64,000 nucleotides of DNA from an uncultured Erysipelotrichaceae bacterium (GTDB taxonomy: Bacteria > Bacillota_I > Bacilli_A > RF39 > UBA660), in the NCBI GenBank assembly GCA_902780395.1, contig CACZFH010000005.1, forward strand, positions 1,557 to 65,556, in the 5' to 3' direction. Numbering within the stretch: position 1 is the stretch's first letter; the number at the start of each line of letters is the position of its first letter. Below, piece by piece: positions 20,503 to 30,407 of the stretch. The notes beneath the pieces are model-generated. The model made no database searches and was not told the DNA's origin. It worked only from the letters and a program-made list of their open reading frames with translations. The position numbers were made by a program, and so were the translations under genes.

Positions 20503-20987
20503 TTATATTTTTTTAGTTTTTCTCTTTGCTATGAATTTTAAATCGTTTGTACCATAAGTATAGGAATTCATTATTATGGCTTTTTCTTCTTTTAGGAGAG
20601 GATAGTTAAATAAAAATGATTGCATTCTATAGGGAGGTAATTCCAAAGCGAGTTGAATGATTTCATCTCTTGATAATACTTTCAATATTTCCATTTTTTC
20701 ACACATGTAGATTTTTCCTGTGGAATCATCTAGTGATCTTTCTCCTCCATCAACACTATAATAATTACCAAATCCTTTAACTAAAGTTAAATCAATTTCT
20801 GTTTCAGTGGCTTTTAAAAATTTATAACAATCTTCAAATTGCTCACACATATGATAGCCACCTCTTTGATACTGTAGTTTATCTGTTGTAGTATAGGTTT
20901 ACCTATTTCATATTGAATGCCGTCAATATTATTGGTTAATCCTTTAAAAAATGCTTTGTAAGCTATTATTTCTTCTGGCTTATTCAT
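20503..20987 (-). pseudogene. Small conserved hypothetical gene split by a 1-nt frameshift in an A-run
   Basis: ATG 20987 gives MNKPEEIIAYKAFFKGLTNNIDGIQYEIGK, then runs out of frame at AAA (20898-20900). Adding one A would join ...EIGKTYTTTDKLQYQRGGYHMCEQFEDCYKFL... to the track ORF 20503..20850. The AYKxF...QYE.GKTY...G(F/Y)H.CE pattern recalls a small Firmicutes/phage protein family (from memory). Confidence 0.5.
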
Positions 20988-21003
20988 TCTATCACTCTCT
21001 TTT

Positions 21004-21837
21004 TTATTTTAGTTTTTCTTTAAATGTACATGATTTACATAATTCTTCACAAGGGTTTCTATCTTGAAACGATTTTTGTAATCTTTTTGTTTTCTCTTTA
21101 TTCAAGATATCTTTTAATTCTTCAGTAAAGATATTTCCTAATGGAACTAGTCCATTGGAATCTAGGCAACAAGGTACTACAGTTCCATCTACTAAAATAC
21201 CAATATGAGTTTTTAGTCCATAGCAATATCCTTTTGTTTGTTCATCTGTAATACTTGGCCAAGTAAATTCATTATCTTTATCCACATAAATATGTGGATT
21301 AATCTTTATATTTTTTTCTTTTTTTATTTTTTCCACTACATCTGGGGATAAATTATAATACTTTTTTATTTTTTCCACTATTTCTGTGGATTTTTTATCT
21401 AAGTCATTGCTTTTTAAAGTCCATAATCGATAGATAATAGTTATTCTCTCTGGAATTTCTTTTACGGAATCAAATATCTTTCCACAATAATTGGGGATAT
21501 TATTTTCAGAATGAAGAGAAATATTTATTTTATTAAGTGATTTACAACTACTTAGTATTTTTGCATATTTTGGTAATAATGTTCCATTGGTGGTTAAGTT
21601 AACTTTTAGATTATATTCTTCGGCTTTTTTTAATAAATCTATTATTTGATGATGAATAAGAGGCTCTCCTTTAATGTGTAAATATATATAGTCTGTATAA
21701 TCTTTTACCTTTTTTAAAATTGTTTCAAACTCTTCGAGTGTCATGTTTTTCCTTTTTCTTTGTACAGGGCTACAAAAACTGCAGTTAAGATTACAATTAT
21801 TGGTTATTTCAATGTATATTTTCTTATATTTTTTCAT
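21004..21837 (-). CDS. Radical SAM protein with Cys-rich (SPASM/twitch-like) C-terminus
   Basis: CNLNCSFC is a CxxxCxxC cluster motif near the N-terminus. The C-terminus has CCLDSNG and CEELCKSC. 277 aa. Confidence 0.75.
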   Translation of the reverse strand: MKKYKKIYIEITNNCNLNCSFCSPVQRKRKNMTLEEFETILKKVKDYTDYIYLHIKGEPLIHHQIIDLLKKAEEYNLKVNLTTNGTLLPKYAKILSSCKSLNKINISLHSENNIPNYCGKIFDSVKEIPERITIIYRLWTLKSNDLDKKSTEIVEKIKKYYNLSPDVVEKIKKEKNIKINPHIYVDKDNEFTWPSITDEQTKGYCYGLKTHIGILVDGTVVPCCLDSNGLVPLGNIFTEELKDILNKEKTKRLQKSFQDRNPCEELCKSCTFKEKLK

Positions 21838-21838
21838 A

Positions 21839-23788
21839 TTACATACTCTTCATTTCAAATAATATATCTCTTAATTCCATAGCTCTTTCAAAGTCTAAGT
21901 TTTTAGCAGCTTCTCTCATTTCTTGTTCAATTGTTTGCATGTTTTTCATGATTTCTTTCTTAGTTAGTTTCTTTTCTTTTCCTTCTTTTGTTTGTGCTGT
22001 ATTAGAGATTATATCTCTTATTTCTTTAATAATTGTTTTTGGTACTATGTGGTGTTCTTCATTATATTTCTCTTGAATTTTACGTCGTCTGTTAGTTTCC
22101 TCAATAGCTTCTTTCATTGAATCTGTTATTTTATCACCATACATTATGACATGTCCATTGGCATTTCTAGCACATCGTCCTACTGTTTGAATTAAACTTC
22201 TATTGCTTCTTAAGAAACCTTCTTTATCAGCGTCTAAGATTGCGATTAGTGATACTTCTGGAATATCAAGTCCTTCTCTTAGAAGGTTAATTCCTACTAA
22301 TACATCATATTTTCCACTTCTGACATCATGAATAATCTGCATTCTTTCTAGCGTTTTTACTTCACTATGAAGGTAAGCTACTTTGATATCTAACTCTTTT
22401 AAATAATTTGTTAGTTCTTCAGCCATACGAATGGTTAGGGTTGTTACTAAAACTCTTTCATTTTTATCTATTCTTAGATTTATTTCTCCTACTAAATCAT
22501 CTATTTGTCCTTCTGTCTTTCTTACTTCTATAGTTGGGTCTAACAATCCTGTTGGACGAATTATTTGCTCAACAAATTGTTGATTTGTATGTTCTAATTC
22601 TAAATCTCCTGGTGTTGCGGATACATAGATGACCTGATTTATCTTTTTTTCGAATTCTTCATATTTTAAAGGTCTATTGTCTAGGGCACTTGGTAATCTA
22701 AAACCATACTCTACTAAATTCATTTTTCTAGCTCTATCACCGTTATACATGCCTCTTACTTGAGGAAGCGTGACATGGGACTCATCTACCACTAATAAAT
22801 AATCCTCGGGGAAGAAATCCATTAATGTTGTAGGTGTTTCTCCTTTTTTTCTACCAGCCATAGGAGCGGAATAGTTCTCTATTCCAGAACAAAAACCTGT
22901 TTCTTCTAACATTTCTATATCATAATTTGTTCTTTGTTCTAGGCGTTCTGCTGCTAGCAGTTTATTTTCTTGTTTTAATTCTTGAAGTCTTTCTTGTAGT
23001 TCTTTTTTGATTCTTTCTATAGCTAGTTTTAATTTTTCATCACTAACAACAAAGTGACTAGCTGGGAAAATACTAACATTTTTTACATTGTTAGTTATCA
23101 CTCCGGTTAATGAATCTATTTCTGATATTCTATCTATTTCATCATCAAAGAATTCTATTCTATATCCAGTTAATCTTTGACCAGCAGGAATTATTTCTAA
23201 TATGTCTCCATGTACTCTAAAGGTTCCTCTTTTAAAGTCCATATCATTTCTTTCATATAACATTTCTACTAGTTTTTCTAAAACGTCATTCCTACTCATC
23301 TTTTCTCCAACTGATAGTGTTAACATTTTATTTTTATATTCTTCTACTTCTCCAATACCATATATACAAGATACACTCGAAACTACTATAACATCTCTTC
23401 TAGATATTAAAGCTGATGTAGCAGCATGGCGTAATTCATCTATTTCATCATTTATTGATGAATCTTTTTCAATATAAGTATCTGTTGAAGGTACATAAGC
23501 TTCTGGTTGATAATAATCATAGTATGATACAAAGTACTCTACTCTATTATTAGGAAATAATTCTTTTAGTTCTGAATATAATTGTCCAGCTAATGTTTTA
23601 TTATGGGCTAATACTAAAGTAGGTTTATTAGTTTCTTTTATTACATTGGCTATGGTAAAGGTCTTTCCTGTTCCTGTAGCACCTAGTAATACTTGTTCTT
23701 TTTTTCCTTCATTTAAACCTTTTACCAATTCTTTGATTGCTTTTGGTTGATCACCTGACGGGGTATAATTAGATACTAGTTCAAACAT
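21839..23788 (-). CDS. uvrB: Excinuclease ABC subunit B
   Basis: GATGTGKT Walker A, DESH box, and the C-terminal UVR domain (FERAMELRD). Start is ambiguous among 23815, 23794 and 23788. ATG 23788 has an AAGGA RBS 9 nt upstream. Confidence 0.95.
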   Translation of the reverse strand: MFELVSNYTPSGDQPKAIKELVKGLNEGKKEQVLLGATGTGKTFTIANVIKETNKPTLVLAHNKTLAGQLYSELKELFPNNRVEYFVSYYDYYQPEAYVPSTDTYIEKDSSINDEIDELRHAATSALISRRDVIVVSSVSCIYGIGEVEEYKNKMLTLSVGEKMSRNDVLEKLVEMLYERNDMDFKRGTFRVHGDILEIIPAGQRLTGYRIEFFDDEIDRISEIDSLTGVITNNVKNVSIFPASHFVVSDEKLKLAIERIKKELQERLQELKQENKLLAAERLEQRTNYDIEMLEETGFCSGIENYSAPMAGRKKGETPTTLMDFFPEDYLLVVDESHVTLPQVRGMYNGDRARKMNLVEYGFRLPSALDNRPLKYEEFEKKINQVIYVSATPGDLELEHTNQQFVEQIIRPTGLLDPTIEVRKTEGQIDDLVGEINLRIDKNERVLVTTLTIRMAEELTNYLKELDIKVAYLHSEVKTLERMQIIHDVRSGKYDVLVGINLLREGLDIPEVSLIAILDADKEGFLRSNRSLIQTVGRCARNANGHVIMYGDKITDSMKEAIEETNRRRKIQEKYNEEHHIVPKTIIKEIRDIISNTAQTKEGKEKKLTKKEIMKNMQTIEQEMREAAKNLDFERAMELRDILFEMKSM

Positions 23789-23842
23789 TTTCATCAGTCC
23801 TTTCCATTTCTCCATTATTATATCATTAATTATTATTATTAC

Positions 23843-23867
23843 AAAAAAAGAATGAAATTAATCATTC
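23843..23867 (-). terminator. Rho-independent terminator upstream of uvrB promoter
   Basis: Minus strand: GAATGA-TTAATT-TCATTC followed by TTTTTTTG, directly after the stop of the 218-aa gene. Confidence 0.65.
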
Positions 23868-23871
23868 CCTT

Positions 23872-24528
23872 TTATATTAGTAATAATAAAAGTAGTAGAA
23901 GGAATATTATTCCTATAATAATTCCTAGTGATGAGGCAATTGACATAGTGCTAGCATATCCTTTATTACCATTGTTATTTGTCTTCACCATGACTTTTGA
24001 TGGACTCTCTTTAGACATAGGTGGAGGTCCTATTTTTTTACTTTCATCACTTTTCATCATTTCTTGAAGTTCATTTATTGAATCATCCTTAGGTTTTGGA
24101 GTTATTACCATACTTCCAGATGGAGATGTACTATATATTGATGTACTTTCTTTTTTCTCTGGTTGTGGTGTTATTACCATGCTTCCGGATGGAGACGTTT
24201 CATATCTTGAAGTACTTTCTTTTTTCTCTGGTTGTGGAGTTATTACCAAACTTCCGGATGGAGATGTTTCATATCTTGAAGTACTTTCTTTAGGTCTCAT
24301 TTCTTCTGAAATTACTTCTCCTTTTTCAGCTAACTCTTTCTTATACTTAGCTATTAACATATCAATTTCTTCTTTTATTTCTTCAAGTGTTTTTGGACTT
24401 TCTATTACTTCTACTATTATTTCTTTTATTATTTCATCGTTTAAGTTATGTTCTTTGCCTTTTTTAATAGCATATTCCATGATTAGTCCTTGTTTAGTTT
24501 CTTCTTCTGAACGATCCATGATTAGCAT
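23872..24528 (-). CDS. Tail-anchored protein with three 23-aa tandem repeats
   Basis: 218 aa. Acidic helical N-terminus, three copies of ESTSRYETSPSGS(L/M)VITPQPEKK, and a hydrophobic anchor IIIGIIFLLLLLLLLI at the extreme C-terminus. Confidence 0.6.
   Translation of the reverse strand: MLIMDRSEEETKQGLIMEYAIKKGKEHNLNDEIIKEIIVEVIESPKTLEEIKEEIDMLIAKYKKELAEKGEVISEEMRPKESTSRYETSPSGSLVITPQPEKKESTSRYETSPSGSMVITPQPEKKESTSIYSTSPSGSMVITPKPKDDSINELQEMMKSDESKKIGPPPMSKESPSKVMVKTNNNGNKGYASTMSIASSLGIIIGIIFLLLLLLLLI
24101..24297. repeat. About 2.9 copies of a 69-bp coding tandem repeat
   Basis: Units start at 24101, 24170 and 24239 (gttattaccaTRCTTCCRGATGGAGAYGT...ctggttgtgg) with only a few substitutions. 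They encode the 23-aa protein repeat. Confidence 0.85.
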
Positions 24529-24665
24529 CTCCTTTTACTATTTCTTATTATTATTATTTCATTTTAATAAAAATGTGTCAATTATTATCTATTGTTACTT
24601 TACACTAAAAAATGCAATAGTTTCCTATTGCATTTTATTCAGTATCAGCCATTAATAATACTCGA

Positions 24666-25391
24666 TTAAACGTTTATGTCAACACCGGCCATTCCATCAT
24701 ATACACCATATGCATTTCCATAGAATGAGAATACATTTCCATACCCACCTAGTGAGAAACTATATAACTTACTTACTGCTAAAGTAGTATCTTGGGTTGC
24801 ATGTTGATAACTTCCATAGATTGTTCCACCAGTCGTGGTTGTAAGAATTTGATTGATTACTAAATTCGTACCTGATGGTAATAAGACAGAGTTACCAAGT
24901 CCATTATAGGCGGTTTTTAAGTTAGAAAAACTATTTGAGCCTGTACTTGCATGTACTACTGTAGATTGATGTGATATTAACGATACACCACTGAAGTATG
25001 CCCCAATTACATCATAACTTCTGATGGTTGGATTAACATACCAAGTAGCTACTATACTAACTACGCAAGTTGAAGAACAAGCAGCAGCAATTTTAATATT
25101 CTTAGAGTTTGTTGAATGACTTTGTGATCTAGTTTGACCAATTTGATCATTATTTTTTACAATTAACTTTCTACTAAGAAGATCAGAATTTGTAAATTCT
25201 TCATATTGCTCTTGAGTCATATTATCTACATATTCTTCCCAATAAAAGTTCACTAAGAAATTATATTCTGCTTCTGTTAACTCTATCCCATTAGGAGTAG
25301 TATAATATACTTCTTTAGCATATGTATTTATACTTATTCCCATCATAGCAATAGCAAGTATCATCATTCCTAGTATTTTCTTCTTCATCAT
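24666..25391 (-). CDS. Secreted protein of unknown function
   Basis: Signal peptide MMKKKILGMMILAIAMMGISINTYA|KE. The C-terminal half is G/S/T/Y-rich and looks beta-type. No family recognised. Confidence 0.6.
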   Translation of the reverse strand: MMKKKILGMMILAIAMMGISINTYAKEVYYTTPNGIELTEAEYNFLVNFYWEEYVDNMTQEQYEEFTNSDLLSRKLIVKNNDQIGQTRSQSHSTNSKNIKIAAACSSTCVVSIVATWYVNPTIRSYDVIGAYFSGVSLISHQSTVVHASTGSNSFSNLKTAYNGLGNSVLLPSGTNLVINQILTTTTGGTIYGSYQHATQDTTLAVSKLYSFSLGGYGNVFSFYGNAYGVYDGMAGVDINV

Positions 25392-25424
25392 ATTCCTCCT
25401 TTCATCTTCATTGTAGAAAAATAA

Positions 25425-25457
25425 TTAAAAATAGGGTAGAACTTGTTAAGTTCTACC
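25425..25457 (-). terminator. Rho-independent terminator after membrane XRE regulator gene
   Basis: GGTAGAAC-N7-GTTCTACC hairpin, followed on the minus strand by a U-rich tract (CTATTTTTAATTATTTTT). Confidence 0.65.
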
Positions 25458-26501
25458 TTATTCTAAAACATATTTACTTATATCTTTATTGATATGTTCT
25501 TGACACTTTTTTATAGATAACGACTCATCAGAGCAATGATAATAGTTGTTGTTTAATAGAATATACCAAATAATTTCATTATTCTTTTTCATTATTATCT
25601 CATCAAGATCTTCAGAGTAAATAATTTGATCTTCTTCTGATATAGTCAGGATATAGGAGTTATTTACTTTTTCACCTCTTTCTTTGATTATTTGAACTGC
25701 TTTTTCATTTTTAACATTTTCTTCTTCGTTCTTATCTATTACACTTGTTTTTATATAATCCTTTTTTGAAAATAAATAATTATCATTCAAAAAATCTTGT
25801 TTATACTCTAATTTTAGTATTTCTATTTCTTGATTATCATATAATATTAAAATATAAGATTCAGTTATTAATTTTTTTTGATTCTCTATTAAAATATTTT
25901 CATCATAACCATAGATATCTATTATTGTTTTATCAATATCTTTATCTTCAAATATTGTTGTTTCTTTTCCATTTTCAATAATATATAATCTAACACTTTT
26001 TATTTCATGATTATTTCTATTTTGTATTTTTCCTATTTTTAAATAACTTTTCTGTTTTGTTACTAATAGTAGACCATCTAGTATATCAAATTCTTTCCCA
26101 TCACCATTTATGGTGTATACTTTAATTGTTTTATATGAATTTATGAAGTAGTATCCCAAAAAACAGGTTATTAAAACAAATATAATAACTATAAAAGTAT
26201 TTAGTAATATTTTTACTACTCTAGTTTTCTTATTATGTTCATCGACTATTGATAATGTAGTTCTTTCTAATTCTTTTATCGTGTTTGTTTCTTTTCTTTC
26301 ACCATTTAGGAGTTCATTAATGGTAACATCAAATATTTCACTTAATCTTATTAAAGTGGATGAATCAGGTATTGTTTGACCTCTTTCCCATTTACTTACT
26401 GCTTGTCTACTAATTGGTATTTTATCTGCTAACTGATATTGACTTAAGTGGTTTTCAGTTCTTAATTTGAAGATAAATTTCCCTATCTTATTTGGATTCA
26501 T
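25458..26501 (-). CDS. Membrane-anchored XRE-family regulator with extracytoplasmic domain
   Basis: N-terminal HTH (LSQYQLADKIPISRQAVSKWERGQ), a single TM helix (LLNTFIVIIFVLITCFLGYYFI), then a ~220-aa C-terminal domain. Confidence 0.75.
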   Translation of the reverse strand: MNPNKIGKFIFKLRTENHLSQYQLADKIPISRQAVSKWERGQTIPDSSTLIRLSEIFDVTINELLNGERKETNTIKELERTTLSIVDEHNKKTRVVKILLNTFIVIIFVLITCFLGYYFINSYKTIKVYTINGDGKEFDILDGLLLVTKQKSYLKIGKIQNRNNHEIKSVRLYIIENGKETTIFEDKDIDKTIIDIYGYDENILIENQKKLITESYILILYDNQEIEILKLEYKQDFLNDNYLFSKKDYIKTSVIDKNEEENVKNEKAVQIIKERGEKVNNSYILTISEEDQIIYSEDLDEIIMKKNNEIIWYILLNNNYYHCSDESLSIKKCQEHINKDISKYVLE

Positions 26502-26563
26502 ACTACATTCACCTAGAATTAGTATATGAATTATTTACTATTTCTTAAATTCACTTGTAGTAT

Positions 26564-26596
26564 ACAAAAAAAGAATAGTTTTCTATTCTTTTTTAG
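26564..26596. terminator. Bidirectional terminator after M23 peptidase gene
   Basis: AAGAATAG-TTTT-CTATTCTT with an A-run upstream and a T-run downstream. Confidence 0.75.
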
Positions 26597-27816
26597 CGAT
26601 TTGACCAACCTGATGGTAAAGCAACATAGTTTGCAGGATTTCTAGATGCTGATTTTGCATAACTTTCCCAAGTACAGCCTCCAAATTCTGATTTCCAATC
26701 ACATATTGTTATTTCCATATGTAGATGTGGGCCTGTCGAATTACCAGTTGATCCCATTTGTCCAATTTGGGTTGTATGAGTTACAAATTGTCCTACATTA
26801 ACACTCCAACTTCTTAAGTGAGCATAAGTTGAATATATATATTGACCGTTATAATTATGTTTAATTTTTATTACAAGAGCTCCAGCTGGATCATAATACT
26901 TAGCTGTTACAACTCCAGAAGCAATTGGATAGATGGCAATACTCTTATTTGAACTACTTAAATCTACTCCAATATGTCCAGAACAAACACCTTTCCATCT
27001 GATGTAGGTACCACATCCACTATAAGATTGAGTAATATATCCATGTTCCATTGGTCTATAAAAACCATTGGTACTTGGTACAGATACTCCACCTGCTCCA
27101 CCACTTGAACTTTTATTTCTCTGACTTATTCGATAAATGCAAGCATTTATATCTTCAGAATCACCACAACCTAACTTTTTGGCATAATTTAATTGTTCTT
27201 TGGCTGATTTTAATTGTTCTTCAATACTTGGCATTCCGGCTTTGATATTAGCATTATCTAGTTCAAGATGAGATTGTTTTTCTTCTAATTCTTCTTTTAA
27301 TTCTTTTAATTGATTCTCTTTTTCAGTTAATTCTTTTTGCTTAGCTTGATTCTTTTTAATTAGCTCTTCTAGTTCCTTCATTAAATTATCATTATATTCT
27401 GTTAATTGTTCAACAATAGATAATCGATAAATCATATCGGTAATATCATTAGCTCCGAAGGCATACTCTAAGTATGAATTTTCACCATCGGCAATCTGAT
27501 AATATGAAATTATGCTCTTGCTTTCTTCACTTTTTCTATTTATTTCTTCTTCACATTCTTCTATTTCTCTTTGAAGAGTGGCTATTTCTTCTTCCGTTTT
27601 TCTTATGTTTGTCTCTATAGTTGATATTTGATTTTTTATTTTTTTGATTTCTTCTTCATTAGTTGCGATTTTAGACTTTCTTTCTTCTAATTCTTTTGTG
27701 TATTTGGAAACTTCTGCTTCAAATTCTTTAATGTTTTTGGCACTTGTATCAATCGGTAGTGCGATGAAAGATACAATAGCTAATAGAATAGAAGTTCCTA
27801 CTAATATTTTTTTCAT
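26593..27816 (-). CDS. Coiled-coil M23/LytM peptidoglycan hydrolase (FtsEX partner type, PcsB/EnvC-like)
   Basis: Signal peptide, ~200 aa of E/K-rich coiled coil, and an M23 domain with GHIGVDL (HxxxD) and GPHLHMEI (HxH). Its start shares nt 27816 with the ftsX stop. Confidence 0.85.
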   Translation of the reverse strand: MKKILVGTSILLAIVSFIALPIDTSAKNIKEFEAEVSKYTKELEERKSKIATNEEEIKKIKNQISTIETNIRKTEEEIATLQREIEECEEEINRKSEESKSIISYYQIADGENSYLEYAFGANDITDMIYRLSIVEQLTEYNDNLMKELEELIKKNQAKQKELTEKENQLKELKEELEEKQSHLELDNANIKAGMPSIEEQLKSAKEQLNYAKKLGCGDSEDINACIYRISQRNKSSSGGAGGVSVPSTNGFYRPMEHGYITQSYSGCGTYIRWKGVCSGHIGVDLSSSNKSIAIYPIASGVVTAKYYDPAGALVIKIKHNYNGQYIYSTYAHLRSWSVNVGQFVTHTTQIGQMGSTGNSTGPHLHMEITICDWKSEFGGCTWESYAKSASRNPANYVALPSGWSNR

Positions 27817-28715
27817 TATATTTTTAAATATTTCTTAACAGCACTTGCACTACCTATCATACCAACTAAAATACCAATAGCAACTATAGCTATAGATGCT
27901 TGATAAATAAATGGTTCTGGTTTAATTAGTTGTATTAAGCGAGAATATAAGTATCCATCAAAATGACGATAAAAAGCATAGTACCCATATGTTGTTACTA
28001 AAACAGGAACAATGGATCCTAATAGTCCTAATATCATTCCTTCTATGATAAATGGTAATTTGATTGTTAAATTACTTGCTCCTACAAGTCTCATAATGCC
28101 AATTTCTTTTCTTCTGGCAGATATTGTTAGTTTTATTGTATTAATTATTAGGAATACTGTTACTAATATTAAGCCAATTACTATTCCGTAAGTCACTTTT
28201 TCTACGGATGCAAAGGCTTTTACCATTTTATCTACCATACCTTCTCCATATCTTACTACGGCTACTTTATCTATTTTTTCTATTTTTAATGCTGTTTCTT
28301 TTATTTGATTAATATTTTTTACTTTAACTTGATAAGTATCTTTTAAAGGGCTTTCATCTTCTTCCCAGTTATTTAGTACTGTTTTAAAAACCTCTGACTC
28401 TGATTGCATTTTTTCTTTTATTTCTTTTTTTGTTTGATATGTGTACTTTTCAACATTAGAAATTTTTTTTATTTCTTTTTCTACTTCAATAGCATCTTCT
28501 GCAGTAGCATCATTTTTTAAAAAAACTACTATTGTCATATCTTTTTCTATTGCTTCAGTAAAGTTTTTTACATTTAAAGATGCCATGATACCTATAGCTA
28601 CTATAATTAATGTAATTGTTATACATGATATAGAAGCTAATGATAAAGAAAAGTTTCTTATTACACTTTTAACAGCATCACGGATGCTTCTTCCTAACAT
28701 TCTAAATGGTTTCAT
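27816..28715 (-). CDS. ftsX: Cell-division ABC transporter permease-like protein FtsX
   Basis: 299 aa. One TM helix, a large extracellular loop, then three C-terminal TM helices. 4-nt overlap with ftsE. Confidence 0.9.
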   Translation of the reverse strand: MKPFRMLGRSIRDAVKSVIRNFSLSLASISCITITLIIVAIGIMASLNVKNFTEAIEKDMTIVVFLKNDATAEDAIEVEKEIKKISNVEKYTYQTKKEIKEKMQSESEVFKTVLNNWEEDESPLKDTYQVKVKNINQIKETALKIEKIDKVAVVRYGEGMVDKMVKAFASVEKVTYGIVIGLILVTVFLIINTIKLTISARRKEIGIMRLVGASNLTIKLPFIIEGMILGLLGSIVPVLVTTYGYYAFYRHFDGYLYSRLIQLIKPEPFIYQASIAIVAIGILVGMIGSASAVKKYLKI

Positions 28716-29401
28716 TCGGCATACGTTCCTTTCTGTTTAAATTTGACTAAGTGTCCATCTTTTAGAGTAATAACTTGTTTTTTCATTTTATTAACGATTT
28801 CTTTATCATGAGTAGCCATGATAATGGTTGTTCCTCTTGTTTTATTAATACTATCTAGTACTCTCATGATTTCCATACTCTTTTCTGGGTCTAAGTTGCC
28901 GGTAGGCTCATCACATAGTAATAGTTTTGGATCATTTACAATTGCTCTGGCAATTGCTACTCTTTGTTGCTCTCCTCCTGATAAATTATCTGGATATTCA
29001 TGTACTTTGTTTTTTAATCCTACATCTTCTAAAGCTTTTAATACCTTTATTCTTATAATATCTCTCTTCTCACCTATGCACTCTAATGCAAATGCTACGT
29101 TTTCATAGACAGTTAATTTTGGTAATAACCGATAATCTTGAAAAACAATACCTAGTTTTCTTCTTAATTTATAAACTTTCTTATTCTTCAATTTAGCAAC
29201 GTCTAAACCTCCTACAATTACTTGACCTTTAGTAGGTTTTTCCTCTCTATATAACATCTTTATTAAAGTACTTTTACCACTTCCTGACCCTCCAATTACA
29301 AATACAAAGGATCCTTTTTCTATGGCTAAATTTAAATCATAAATGGCTGTTACTCCATTTTTATATTTTTTTTCGACATTTTTTATTCTTATTAAATCCA
29401 T
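28712..29401 (-). CDS. ftsE: Cell-division ATP-binding protein FtsE
   Basis: GGSGSGKST Walker A, LSGGEQQR signature, LLLCDEPTGNLD Walker B; 229 aa. Confidence 0.9.
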   Translation of the reverse strand: MDLIRIKNVEKKYKNGVTAIYDLNLAIEKGSFVFVIGGSGSGKSTLIKMLYREEKPTKGQVIVGGLDVAKLKNKKVYKLRRKLGIVFQDYRLLPKLTVYENVAFALECIGEKRDIIRIKVLKALEDVGLKNKVHEYPDNLSGGEQQRVAIARAIVNDPKLLLCDEPTGNLDPEKSMEIMRVLDSINKTRGTTIIMATHDKEIVNKMKKQVITLKDGHLVKFKQKGTYAE

Positions 29402-29524
29402 TTATTTATTCACCACCTTTTCTATACTGCCTCTATTAAATGAATTTGGGACTCTCAAAATTCTCTTTTCCACCCTATAATTATTATATCATAAGATAGC
29501 TAGGGTTTAAAGCTCTTTGTTGAT

Positions 29525-29548
29525 AAAAAAAGAATTCTATTGAATTCT
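29525..29548 (-). terminator. Rho-independent terminator after YitT genes
   Basis: Minus strand: AGAATTC-AATA-GAATTCT followed by TTTTTTAT, directly after the stop at 29550. Confidence 0.7.
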
Positions 29549-29549
29549 C

Positions 29550-30407
29550 TTATTTTGCTCCTTCTACTTGGTAAGAATCTGTTGCTACAAAGAAGGCTTC
29601 TTTATCAATAGTCTTGATACCTTCTGTTAATTTATAATAGTCAGATGAAGGGATAACAGTTAAAATTACTTTTCTCTTATCCTCAAGAAAACCACCTTTT
29701 ACATTAAATGTTGTTACGGTGTGATGAAGATTGTTTATTATATAATCTTTAATTTCTTCTTCTTTATGAGTCATTATATAAAAGGCTTTGTTGGTTGATA
29801 TTCCTAATAATACTCTATCCATAACTATATTGTTAATATACAAGTAAATGATAGCATATAGAGCATTGGTTGTTCCAAAGAAAAAAGCACCTATTAAAAC
29901 AATAATTACATTTATGATCATACTACTTTTAGCAATTGATATTTGAAATTTTTCATATAATACTTGTGATATTACAGGAAATCCACCATTACTATAACCA
30001 CTTTTATACATTAAACCATTAGCTACACCACTTAATACTCCAGCAAATAGTACTACTAACAATACGTCAGATGTATCTATCATAAATTGAGTGCTGATGT
30101 TTGATGTCATTTTTACCATTAGTGGATATAGAAAACTAGCTAGTAGGGTTCCTGTTGTTCTTTCTACTCCTAAATACATGAAACTAATAATACAGCAAGC
30201 TAATGATAAAATTAAAATCATCAAAGCTGGATCTATATCATATAAATAGTGTGTTATGGTTGCTATTCCTCCAGTACCTCCTGTAACTAAGCTTAATGGT
30301 AATAAGAATAAATTGTAAACGATAGCGCTTAGTAATATGGCTACTAAGATTAAGATAATTCTAACTAGTCTGTTCTTTTTTAAAATAAGTTCTTTAATAT
30401 CTTTCAT
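29550..30407 (-). CDS. YitT-family membrane protein (DUF161 + DUF2179)
   Basis: 285 aa. Five to six TM helices plus a C-terminal soluble DUF2179-like domain (VTTFNVKGGF...ILTVIPSSDYYKL...VATDSYQVEG). Confidence 0.8.
   Translation of the reverse strand: MKDIKELILKKNRLVRIILILVAILLSAIVYNLFLLPLSLVTGGTGGIATITHYLYDIDPALMILILSLACCIISFMYLGVERTTGTLLASFLYPLMVKMTSNISTQFMIDTSDVLLVVLFAGVLSGVANGLMYKSGYSNGGFPVISQVLYEKFQISIAKSSMIINVIIVLIGAFFFGTTNALYAIIYLYINNIVMDRVLLGISTNKAFYIMTHKEEEIKDYIINNLHHTVTTFNVKGGFLEDKRKVILTVIPSSDYYKLTEGIKTIDKEAFFVATDSYQVEGAK

Noticed and set aside
24101-24297. The tandem repeats considered as a CRISPR-like array.
   Set aside because: The units are contiguous with no spacers, in frame, and inside a coding sequence. 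No cas genes are present in the window.
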